A DNA stretch of 54,501 bases from an uncultured Bacilli bacterium (GTDB lineage: Bacteria > Bacillota_I > Bacilli_A > RF39 > UBA660), in assembly GCA_944363705.1 (NCBI GenBank), contig CALVUY010000002.1, forward strand, positions 1 to 54,501, written 5' to 3'. Made by a program: the position numbers and the translations under genes. Under the pieces are notes generated by a model. It was not told the DNA's origin, did not search any database, and saw nothing but the letters and a program-made list of their open reading frames with translations. How positions within the stretch are numbered: the stretch's first letter is position 1; every line of letters begins with the position of its first letter. Below are positions 36,695 through 45,091 of the stretch, piece by piece.

Positions 36695-38343
36695 GTAACT
36701 ATTCAGACTATGAAAAAAATAAAATGTAAAAAGTAGTGTCAACGATGCTGCTTTTTTCAATTATATATGAGAAAATAATAATAGTTAAGGATAGTGGTAT
36801 AAATGATGAAAGTTACAAATGATTTCTATAGGCAATTTGAAGAATTAAATAATAAGTTAGATTCATTATTAAAAGAAAATAAAGATTTAAAGAAAGAATT
36901 TAAACAAGAAAAAGAAGAATTAAAAACCACTATAACTAGTTTAGAAAAAAGCATAAAAGAAAAAGATGAACTTATAGAAAAATTATTAAATGAAATAGAT
37001 AGACTAAAAAATCAAATAAATAAAAATAGTAGTAATTCTAGTAAACCACCCTCAACAGATACAGGAAAGAAAGAAAAAAGTGGAGCCAATTTATATAATT
37101 CTAGAAAAAAGACAGACAAGAAAATAGGAGGACAAAAAGGTCATGAAGGACATAGTCTTACTAAAGATAAAGTTGAAAAGATGATAAAAGATAAACTTGT
37201 AGAAACTAGAACTATTTATCATGAGAGTAATAATAGGAATGGTAAAGATGTTACTAAGTATAGAATAGGCTTAGAAGTAAATGTTTATGTAGAAGAACAT
37301 ATCTTTAAACATAATCCAAATACAGAAGAAAAAATACCAAAAGAGTTTTATACAGATGTAACTTATGATAATAGTATAAAAGCTTTAACAATTGAACTTG
37401 GAACATACAATGTAGTGGCATTAGATAGATTAAGTGATTTATTTAATGTTCTTTCTAAAGGAGTAATAGATATATCTAATGGTACATTAGTTAACTTTCT
37501 AAAAGAGTTTAGTCTAAAGTCAAAACCAACTTTAGACAATCTAGAAAATGATTTATTAAATAAAGCTTTAATGCATACAGACGAAACAACTAACGATAAT
37601 AAATGGTATATAAGGAATTACAGTAATAGTGAAACAGTAGTTTATAAGCCTCATAAAAATAAAGGGCATAAACAAATAGAGGAGCATGATATTTTAACAA
37701 GATATACTGGGGGTATTATGCATGATCATGATACTGCAATGTATAAATATGGTTCTAATAACTATGAATGTAATGTTCATTTGGGAAGATATTTAGAAGA
37801 GATAATTCAAAATGTCTCCGAAGTTACTTGGCCGAAAGATTTAAAAGAATTAATATTTAAAGCATATCATGATAGAAAAGTTTTAATAAAAAAAGGTTGC
37901 AAATCATTTTCTAATATAAAAACTAATGAGATTAGTGCAAAATATGATGAGATTATATCATTAGCCAAGAAAGAAAGTAAAAATATTAAATCTACATATT
38001 ATAAAGAAAAAGCACTTAAACTTATTAGAAGATGTGAAAAATATAAAGATAATCATTTGGCTTTTATATATGATTTTAGTGTTCCTTTTGATAATAATCC
38101 AAGTGAAAGAGATTTAAGGATTATTAAAATTAAAACTAAAATATCTGGAGGATTTAAAAATATAAATAGTGCTGAAGCATATTGTAATGCAATTAGTATT
38201 ATAAAAACATCTCTTAAAAGAAAGATTAATCCTTTTGAATCTATTAAAGATATATTTAACAATAAAGTATTATTTGCAAACTAAAAAGAGCAATTTTTGT
38301 ATAATTACTCTTTACTTTTGCGTGTCATAGTCTGAATAGTTAC
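36695..38343 (+). mobile_element. IS66-family insertion sequence (single-ORF type), 1649 bp
   Basis: Perfect 19-bp terminal inverted repeats GTAACTATTCAGACTATGA (36695-36713 and 38325-38343), starting with GTAA as in IS66. 8-bp target-site duplication CAACTTAT (36687-36694 and 38344-38351). An uninterrupted copy of the target site is at 44303-44310. Confidence 0.9.
36803..38284 (+). CDS. IS66-family transposase
   Basis: 493 aa. N-terminal coiled coil, GGQKGHEGHSL block, CNVHLGRYLEE (C.aH.rR-like) and the C-terminal NNPSERDLRIIKIKTKISGGF block typical of IS66 TnpC. Confidence 0.85.
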   Translation: MMKVTNDFYRQFEELNNKLDSLLKENKDLKKEFKQEKEELKTTITSLEKSIKEKDELIEKLLNEIDRLKNQINKNSSNSSKPPSTDTGKKEKSGANLYNSRKKTDKKIGGQKGHEGHSLTKDKVEKMIKDKLVETRTIYHESNNRNGKDVTKYRIGLEVNVYVEEHIFKHNPNTEEKIPKEFYTDVTYDNSIKALTIELGTYNVVALDRLSDLFNVLSKGVIDISNGTLVNFLKEFSLKSKPTLDNLENDLLNKALMHTDETTNDNKWYIRNYSNSETVVYKPHKNKGHKQIEEHDILTRYTGGIMHDHDTAMYKYGSNNYECNVHLGRYLEEIIQNVSEVTWPKDLKELIFKAYHDRKVLIKKGCKSFSNIKTNEISAKYDEIISLAKKESKNIKSTYYKEKALKLIRRCEKYKDNHLAFIYDFSVPFDNNPSERDLRIIKIKTKISGGFKNINSAEAYCNAISIIKTSLKRKINPFESIKDIFNNKVLFAN

Positions 38344-38372
38344 CAACTTATTTATCTCGTTAAATTAATATA

Positions 38373-41300
38373 CTAATTGTTATTTAAAATATTTGACTTA
38401 TCAATTTCTTCTAATGTTTTATTTAGATTATTTATATCTTTATTTAACCTTTCAATATTTTCTAATGTATTTTTTTCGTATTCAGTTATATCTTTTTGAT
38501 AGTAATAATCCATTACACTTGTACTATCTGGAACATAATCAAACTGTGTAATACTTTTAAATTCTGTTTCTATAGATTTAATCTTTGTAGTTAAGCTATC
38601 TATCTCAGCTGCAATATTTTGATTGTCTTTTTTTAATGACTCTACTTTATTTATAGATTCTTGTAAATCCTGCTTATACTGTTTTATTCTTTTCCTATAA
38701 ATAAGTCTTTTAATAAAATTACTAGAAGTTTCTTTAATTAACATATTCATAGTTTCTTGGTGATTTTTTTCACTAGTAATTTGACTGTTATTTTCTTCTA
38801 ACTTAAAAATATATTCATTTCTCATTTTGTATTTTTCTTTTCTATTATCAATTAATTCATTAAGATGATTTTTGGAAGCGATTATATTTTTAGCTAGCTT
38901 TATCTCTTCTAAAGAATTATTATATTTTTTTAGTTCATCTTGTTTTTCTAATAAGTCATTTCTAATTTCATTTTGAGAAAATTGTGTAATTACTTTAATA
39001 ATATCTTCATAGGAATGTGCACCTTCAAGTAATTTATTAAGAGTTTGACTATCTTTATCATCTATATTTTCACATAAGTTTAACAATAATTCAAAATTTG
39101 GTAGCTTCTCAATTAAGTTATTATTTTCATATAAATTAATAATATTTAACTGACTTATTAAATCAGAAAATGTTTTTACGTTTTTAAAACTGGATTTTAT
39201 AATATTATAAGTTTTTTCTTCAATATTTTCCAAAGTAACATTTTCTATTTTTTCATCTGGCACGTCTAATCTAATCAACAAATTATGCAAATATTCTATA
39301 TTTAAATAATTAGGAAACAATTCTAAAAAAACATTTTTATAATAACTATCATAATAATAATTAGAACAACACCTAAGTAAAGAAATAAAATCATAAACAC
39401 TATGAACATTATTAATATTTAAATTAGATAATATATTATTTTTTATTTCTTCATCAGGTAACGTATCACCTATAATTTTTTCTGTTTCACTACTTGGTGT
39501 TATATTATGAGTAACTTCAGACTTAATTTTATCTTTTAGCATTTTTATATCTTCTTTACTTGTTATATCATATTTGCTTTCTTTACCGAGCGAATCGTAT
39601 AAATCTATTTTAATTTTTCTAGTGTTTTCTTCATTGTCATTAAACTTTTCTACAATATTTAATTCATTTATTATAAATTCAGCTTGACTATAACTTAATT
39701 TTCCATCATCTGGCATATAGATAACTAATTCAACACCAGTTGAAGCCATCATAGCATTTCTCGGCCTTACATCAAAATATCTACTTTGATTATCATTATA
39801 TATTTCCGCTTCTATATTACCTGCTATTTCATTATGAGTAGCAAAGTCATTTCTAAGAACTTGACTATAAAATACAGACTGTCTATCGGTTATTACCCAT
39901 ACCCCTCTTATCCTTTTATTATTTTCATTACAATAATCAAAATAATCTTCAGCTTTTAGTTCTAAACTCTTTTCATTTATTTTTTTCAAATCACTAGATT
40001 TTCTTCTACCTACCAGTAATCTATCATAGTTTTTTTCTGATATATAACCTTTCATTAATAAATATCTCTTCATATCAGCAGTATTTAAACCATCAAATTT
40101 TTTAAATAATATAAAAGTAGACGTAGCTAATGCATTTTTATCTCCTGTCTTAATATAATCTTCTAAATATTTTATAGCGTTTTCTTTACCACATCTTTCA
40201 CTAATATCATTAAACAAATTATCTAAATTTCTATAAGTACGTGGATTCATTAATATAAAGCTACCACTTTCTTCATTCTCTTTATTGCTAGAAGCTTCTT
40301 TAATATTATTATCAATATTTTCATGTTGTTCATTAGAACTTGTATTATTAAAAATAGAATAGACTCTTTCTTTAATACCCATAGGATTTATTGCTTTCTC
40401 AAATTGACTGACTAGCCCACTTATTTTAGAATTTCCAAAAAAACGTCCTAACTCTTTAGATAATTCAGTATATGCACCATCATAAACGTACCTATCAAAA
40501 ATACTTCTTATAGTATCAGGGTCATTATTCAAATAACTATCTAATAAAATATCATTTTCACCATACAGTTCATAAAGTGCATTATCTATTCTCTCCCACA
40601 ATCTTATTCCTACATCATCATAATTATAATAATAAATTTTTTGATCATAATATTTTGATGCTAAATAATCAGTTAAACATTCATTTGAAAGGATATTATT
40701 AGTGCCATCTGAATAAAGTTCAATTATTCCTGAAGCCTGTATTTCTGTTCCTTTAGAAGTTTTAATTTTTTTATTTTTAACTTCTGAAAACTTATGAAAT
40801 AATTCATGTATAACATTATGCATACTTGAATTTGAAGGAAAATATACATTATGATTTTTATCTACAAAGCCAAGAACACTACTACTATGGCCCCTTTTTT
40901 TAACAAAACTTTCCCATTCATTAGCATCTATAATGTTAACGTCATCAACAATACTGTCAATATATGATTTTTTAAATTTTCCCTTTAAAGCTTTATAAAA
41001 AACATTCTTAACTTTTTTTGCATCCCATATATCAGCATCATCTGCTTCAGTAGCAGAAGCCATTAAAGCCCTTATATCAGATTCAAGTAATTCATCAGTA
41101 ATTGAAGTAGTACTTTGTGCAATACTTTTAGCTACATTATCAACATTTTCATTATAAGAACTATTTATTTTATTAACATCACTAACTACACCATCTTTAT
41201 CTACACTAAAGAAAGAATCAATATATTCAGGCTTAATACAATAAACGTTTTTTTCTTCATTAAAATAAACTAAATCTTCTATCTGTGATCCTTTAGGAAT

Positions 41301-43727
41301 CTTTAAAAAAATCGCTCCATCTACAATATTACTTCCTTGAGATATTCCATTAGCATTTTTAACATCTCTAATTGCATCTATAATACTATCCATTCTAGTA
41401 ATAGTTGCATCTATATTAATTTCATCAATACTTGTTGGAGCTCCTCCTCCACTAGCAGTATGGTTATTACAGTATAGACCTATTTCGCTTATAGATGCTA
41501 TATCAGAACTTGGTATTGTTTTAATATAAACATCATAATTAGGGTCTTCAAATAAATTACTAATATACTCTCCTGTTTCTTCACTTATAAATCCTTTATT
41601 ATTAATATTTTCTATCATACTATCTAGTTGTTCTTTAGTGAAAAATCCTGATTCTAATCTACTTTTATAAAATCCTGTTATGTCATTTTCATTTAATTGA
41701 TAGCCATGAATTTCATCAATTTCTCTTGATATTGGAACTTGTTCTTTTCCTACAGAAATTCCTTTAATTATTTTGGAAATAGCACTTATACCTGGTATAT
41801 TTATTCCCTTTATTGATTTAGATACTTTATCTGCTACTCTATTATTTATATTTTCTTGAAGAATAGAAGTATTTATACTTGATATAGAATCAACTACATC
41901 ATTTGTCGTTTCTATTACATCTTGATTTTCTGATATATTAGTATCACTAATACTTTCAACATTACTTAATTTGTTAACAGTTAAAGAAGGTCCATTCATT
42001 GTTCCACTTATTATCATACCATAAATAGTACTTTTTAGAGCATCTAGATTCAATTGATCTCCATCCAATTGTTCTCCTAAAACTGTACCTCTTAAATAAG
42101 CATCTATATATTCTTGAGTACCTTCTTCTCCACCTTCTTTTAATATTGATGTTGCTAATTCTTTAAATGATGTTACATTAACATCATTTAATCCTGGTAT
42201 AGAACCAATCCATTTTTGCAATGTCGCTTCAGAAAGACCAGATAATGTTCCATAAAAAACAGCATCTCTTGTACTTACACCATTAACTAAAGCTTGATGA
42301 TAACTATTTCCACCTGCTGATGTTCCCATTAAAAATGTACCTGCTGTTGGTGTTGTTAACATTCCTAAAGCCATACTCGGTAACATATTACCAACACTCA
42401 TACTTATCTCATAATTATTATCTAGAAAGTTTGCAAAATCTTTATCATCACTTAATGCTTCTAATATATATAAACTCTCATATTCTTCAACACTATATAC
42501 ATCACTAGATTGATGCCATGCGGCAAGTCCTAAAAAGAAATTCTGGGCTCCATCCCCTATTCCTTTACCTGAAACTTTAAAATGATTCATTATATCCGTA
42601 TAATCATAATTACCATTTTCATCTTTTTTTAGTCCTTCTAAAAACTTCTCCGCTTTCTTTTGTCCTGCTAATTGATTTATTTGATCTTCTATATCTTCAA
42701 GATATTTATTCGCTGAATCTATCCCTTCTTTTTCATATAAATAATTATATGTTTTTATTAAATCACTATCTTCATCTGCTACTGATATTAATGTCTTTAA
42801 TAACCCTTCATTATCCATCGCTGTAGCCGTTGTATCAGGATAATTTTCTTGTACCCACATACAAAATTCTAATGGGCTTATATTGTCTCCTGTCTTAGTA
42901 CAATACTCACTATATGATACCTGAGTACCCATCTGCATTCGCATTTCATCTATTATGCTTTTATCTATTTGAAACTCATAATTAAAGTTTTGGTAATCTT
43001 CTTCTTTAACGAGAAACTCATATTTTGCCATCTTCTTTAATTGTTCTATTTTATATATAGATGTATTTAAAGTAGTTTGTTGGACCTCTAATTCTTCTAT
43101 TCTTGCTAAATACTCATCATATGTAGAAAACTCTGTATTCTCGCTTATCGCTTTATCTAAATTTTCTTTTCTATATTCCTCAATAGATGCAAGTTTCTCT
43201 TTTACTTCATCATCTTTTTCTTTAAGCACTTCAAAAAGTTCAGCATAAGTCATACTAGTTACATCTGCTTGATTTAAGCCTAACTTTTCTAACTCTTCTT
43301 CTGGACAAGATATTTTATACCCTTCTATTAACTGATATATTTCACTAGTTATAGTATTCTCATAGTCTTTACACATATTTTCTATAACAGTTAGATTTGT
43401 TCCTGATTCTGCAAAGGCATCTTCTTTTAATATTCCAAGTTCATTTTCTGTATCTTCTAACATAGTCTGATATAACTCTAATTCTTTTTCTAAACTAGCT
43501 TGATATGTCTTTAAATCTGTATTTTCTATATTATAACCTTTATCTATATTAGTAAGATCTATTTGCGTATTAGATGTATTTGTTTGTTCTATCTTAGTTT
43601 CATTATTAATATTTCCTATATCTACATCTTCCACAGGCTCACTACTACTTTTAGATAAGTTGCCATTTGTAATACTTTTTTTAAACTCAGATAATACATT
43701 AGGTATATCTATTTTTATCTTATCCAT
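38373..43727 (-). CDS. Giant polymorphic toxin 2: shared 857-aa N-terminal region + HExxH zincin-like domain + about 800 further residues
   Basis: 1784 aa. The N-terminal 857 aa are identical to toxin 1. HELFH at aa 974-978 (40794-40808), with a downstream NECLTDY Glu candidate. The last 250 aa or so are coiled-coil-like. Confidence 0.75.
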   Translation of the reverse strand: MDKIKIDIPNVLSEFKKSITNGNLSKSSSEPVEDVDIGNINNETKIEQTNTSNTQIDLTNIDKGYNIENTDLKTYQASLEKELELYQTMLEDTENELGILKEDAFAESGTNLTVIENMCKDYENTITSEIYQLIEGYKISCPEEELEKLGLNQADVTSMTYAELFEVLKEKDDEVKEKLASIEEYRKENLDKAISENTEFSTYDEYLARIEELEVQQTTLNTSIYKIEQLKKMAKYEFLVKEEDYQNFNYEFQIDKSIIDEMRMQMGTQVSYSEYCTKTGDNISPLEFCMWVQENYPDTTATAMDNEGLLKTLISVADEDSDLIKTYNYLYEKEGIDSANKYLEDIEDQINQLAGQKKAEKFLEGLKKDENGNYDYTDIMNHFKVSGKGIGDGAQNFFLGLAAWHQSSDVYSVEEYESLYILEALSDDKDFANFLDNNYEISMSVGNMLPSMALGMLTTPTAGTFLMGTSAGGNSYHQALVNGVSTRDAVFYGTLSGLSEATLQKWIGSIPGLNDVNVTSFKELATSILKEGGEEGTQEYIDAYLRGTVLGEQLDGDQLNLDALKSTIYGMIISGTMNGPSLTVNKLSNVESISDTNISENQDVIETTNDVVDSISSINTSILQENINNRVADKVSKSIKGINIPGISAISKIIKGISVGKEQVPISREIDEIHGYQLNENDITGFYKSRLESGFFTKEQLDSMIENINNKGFISEETGEYISNLFEDPNYDVYIKTIPSSDIASISEIGLYCNNHTASGGGAPTSIDEINIDATITRMDSIIDAIRDVKNANGISQGSNIVDGAIFLKIPKGSQIEDLVYFNEEKNVYCIKPEYIDSFFSVDKDGVVSDVNKINSSYNENVDNVAKSIAQSTTSITDELLESDIRALMASATEADDADIWDAKKVKNVFYKALKGKFKKSYIDSIVDDVNIIDANEWESFVKKRGHSSSVLGFVDKNHNVYFPSNSSMHNVIHELFHKFSEVKNKKIKTSKGTEIQASGIIELYSDGTNNILSNECLTDYLASKYYDQKIYYYNYDDVGIRLWERIDNALYELYGENDILLDSYLNNDPDTIRSIFDRYVYDGAYTELSKELGRFFGNSKISGLVSQFEKAINPMGIKERVYSIFNNTSSNEQHENIDNNIKEASSNKENEESGSFILMNPRTYRNLDNLFNDISERCGKENAIKYLEDYIKTGDKNALATSTFILFKKFDGLNTADMKRYLLMKGYISEKNYDRLLVGRRKSSDLKKINEKSLELKAEDYFDYCNENNKRIRGVWVITDRQSVFYSQVLRNDFATHNEIAGNIEAEIYNDNQSRYFDVRPRNAMMASTGVELVIYMPDDGKLSYSQAEFIINELNIVEKFNDNEENTRKIKIDLYDSLGKESKYDITSKEDIKMLKDKIKSEVTHNITPSSETEKIIGDTLPDEEIKNNILSNLNINNVHSVYDFISLLRCCSNYYYDSYYKNVFLELFPNYLNIEYLHNLLIRLDVPDEKIENVTLENIEEKTYNIIKSSFKNVKTFSDLISQLNIINLYENNNLIEKLPNFELLLNLCENIDDKDSQTLNKLLEGAHSYEDIIKVITQFSQNEIRNDLLEKQDELKKYNNSLEEIKLAKNIIASKNHLNELIDNRKEKYKMRNEYIFKLEENNSQITSEKNHQETMNMLIKETSSNFIKRLIYRKRIKQYKQDLQESINKVESLKKDNQNIAAEIDSLTTKIKSIETEFKSITQFDYVPDSTSVMDYYYQKDITEYEKNTLENIERLNKDINNLNKTLEEIDKSNILNNN

Positions 43728-43732
43728 AGCAA
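41158..43732. repeat. 2575-bp direct repeat, copy B (5' part of toxin 2)
   Basis: See 32125-34699. Confidence 0.9.
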
Positions 43733-43774
43733 ACCTCCTCTTTTATTTGCATTATAATTTTATATTTTATTACT

Positions 43775-43889
43775 AATTTTTTTATTTTTATTAAATCTTG
43801 TTTTAGTTTTAACAACTTATTTTCAATAGTTCCTATACAAAATTTAAATCTAAGTCATTATATAAGGAAACTAACTGATTAATTTTCAT
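43775..43889 (-). pseudogene. Remnant of the 187-aa helical-protein gene
   Basis: Aligns by eye to two separated pieces of 35276-35839: the start region (35822-35848) and the 35405-35520 block. The intervening roughly 310 bp are missing, as are the counterparts of the 80- and 98-aa genes. Confidence 0.6.
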
Positions 43890-43980
43890 AGTATCACCTA
43901 ACCATTTTCCAAATATATAAAAACTACAAAATGTAGTTCCCATATATTTAGAAAATAAATTTCTAAATAGCTTATCAATT

Positions 43981-44230
43981 TTATCCCTGAAGTGTGAATA
44001 TCTCAGATATTCTTCAATTGTGTTTTGAACAGCAGTTTCTTTATCTATCCCTATAACAACTCCAACATTTTCTAAAATTACACTTGTATCAATTGTTTTA
44101 GTTATTGGTGCAAAAGATACTGGAGAATAGCTTGACTCAGTATTGCTGGTTTAAAAGATTTAGCAAAGAATTTTTGTGTTTGATTACATGCCTATAAAGT
44201 TCCCATTTTCTCTACAAAAGAACTTTGCTT
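43981..44230 (-). pseudogene. Decayed copy of the Esx-like gene
   Basis: Begins with the same stop-proximal sequence (ttatccctgaagtgtgaa vs ttatccttgaagtgtgaa at 35931). It retains scattered homologous blocks but has several internal deletions and has lost the start-codon region. Confidence 0.65.
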
Positions 44231-44253
44231 TGATAGTTATCCTATCTGATTAA

Positions 44254-44294
44254 ATCATAATATATTAACAATTAACTGTCAATTAAAATTGATA
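44254..44294 (-). promoter_or_regulatory. Second copy of the TTGACA-17-TATGAT promoter with near-palindrome
   Basis: -35 at 44277-44282 and -10 at 44254-44259, with a 17-nt spacer. The palindrome has one mismatch (TGTCAATTAAAATTGATA, 44277-44294). Confidence 0.65.
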
Positions 44295-44306
44295 ATAATA
44301 CACAAC

Positions 44307-44819
44307 TTATTTATCTAGATAATGTGATGTTCTAAAACTGAAACTATCAACCTTACCTTTATTTAATAAATAATCCAAATCTAAAATACTTTCTGATAAA
44401 AGATAAGCATAATCATCTTTATATAATGTTGAAATATTCTCTTTATAATTTTCTAATTCTCTTAAATATTTATTATATTCTTCTAAAGTTAATGTAAACT
44501 CATTTTTATCAATACTTTCTCTTACTAAAGAGAATATCTCCCTACTTATTTTCTCTCCTTTATTATAAGTTTCATCATTATATGTTAATTTAACTTTTAA
44601 ATAATCAGATTTTGAACAAATAAACTCAATATCATTACTTATACTAACCAAAGTAATATCATCATTTTTCTTACAAGCATCTAAAGCTTTATCAGCATAG
44701 TTTTTTTGATACCAATTTTCTAAAGAAGTTAAAATTTTAGATCTCAAATTATCATCCGTTGTATTAACACAATTATTAAACCTTTCTTTAACCATAGCAT
44801 AATATTCTTGATAAGTCAT
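44307..44819 (-). CDS. Hypothetical 170-aa cytoplasmic protein in the T7SS operon
   Basis: ORF 12 nt downstream of the YukD-like gene. No TM segment and no motif recognised. Confidence 0.55.
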   Translation of the reverse strand: MTYQEYYAMVKERFNNCVNTTDDNLRSKILTSLENWYQKNYADKALDACKKNDDITLVSISNDIEFICSKSDYLKVKLTYNDETYNKGEKISREIFSLVRESIDKNEFTLTLEEYNKYLRELENYKENISTLYKDDYAYLLSESILDLDYLLNKGKVDSFSFRTSHYLDK

Positions 44820-44830
44820 TTTACTCTCTC

Positions 44831-45091
44831 CTATCTTGATATCAAAATGAGTTCACTACTATTTCTAATATCAGTTTCTAAAATTATTTCATTATTATTA
44901 TAAATTTTACTATTATCTTTATTTATTAATACACAGTCAAGATCATTAAAAGTATTAATATTATTAAGATCACTAACTGACTTCAAAATTAATTTTTTTA
45001 TTTTCCATACTAATTCATTGACTGGTATAAAAACATCAAAAGTAGAATCTAATTCTGGAACTATTAACTTAATTAAAACTTTATTTTTCAT
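44831..45091 (-). CDS. esaB: YukD/EsaB-like small ubiquitin-fold T7SS protein
   Basis: 86 aa counted from the ATG at 45091, which overlaps the essC stop by 11 nt. Size, position and beta-grasp-like pattern (KVLIKLIVPELDSTFDVFIP...ELILISR) fit YukD/EsaB. Confidence 0.6.
   Translation of the reverse strand: MKNKVLIKLIVPELDSTFDVFIPVNELVWKIKKLILKSVSDLNNINTFNDLDCVLINKDNSKIYNNNEIILETDIRNSSELILISR

Noticed and set aside
30192-43727. Calling the two giant toxins LXG-domain proteins
   Set aside because: Genomic context fits LXG toxins, but I could not find the L-x-G motif or a recognisable LXG-like first 200 aa by eye. The family assignment is left open pending profile searches.
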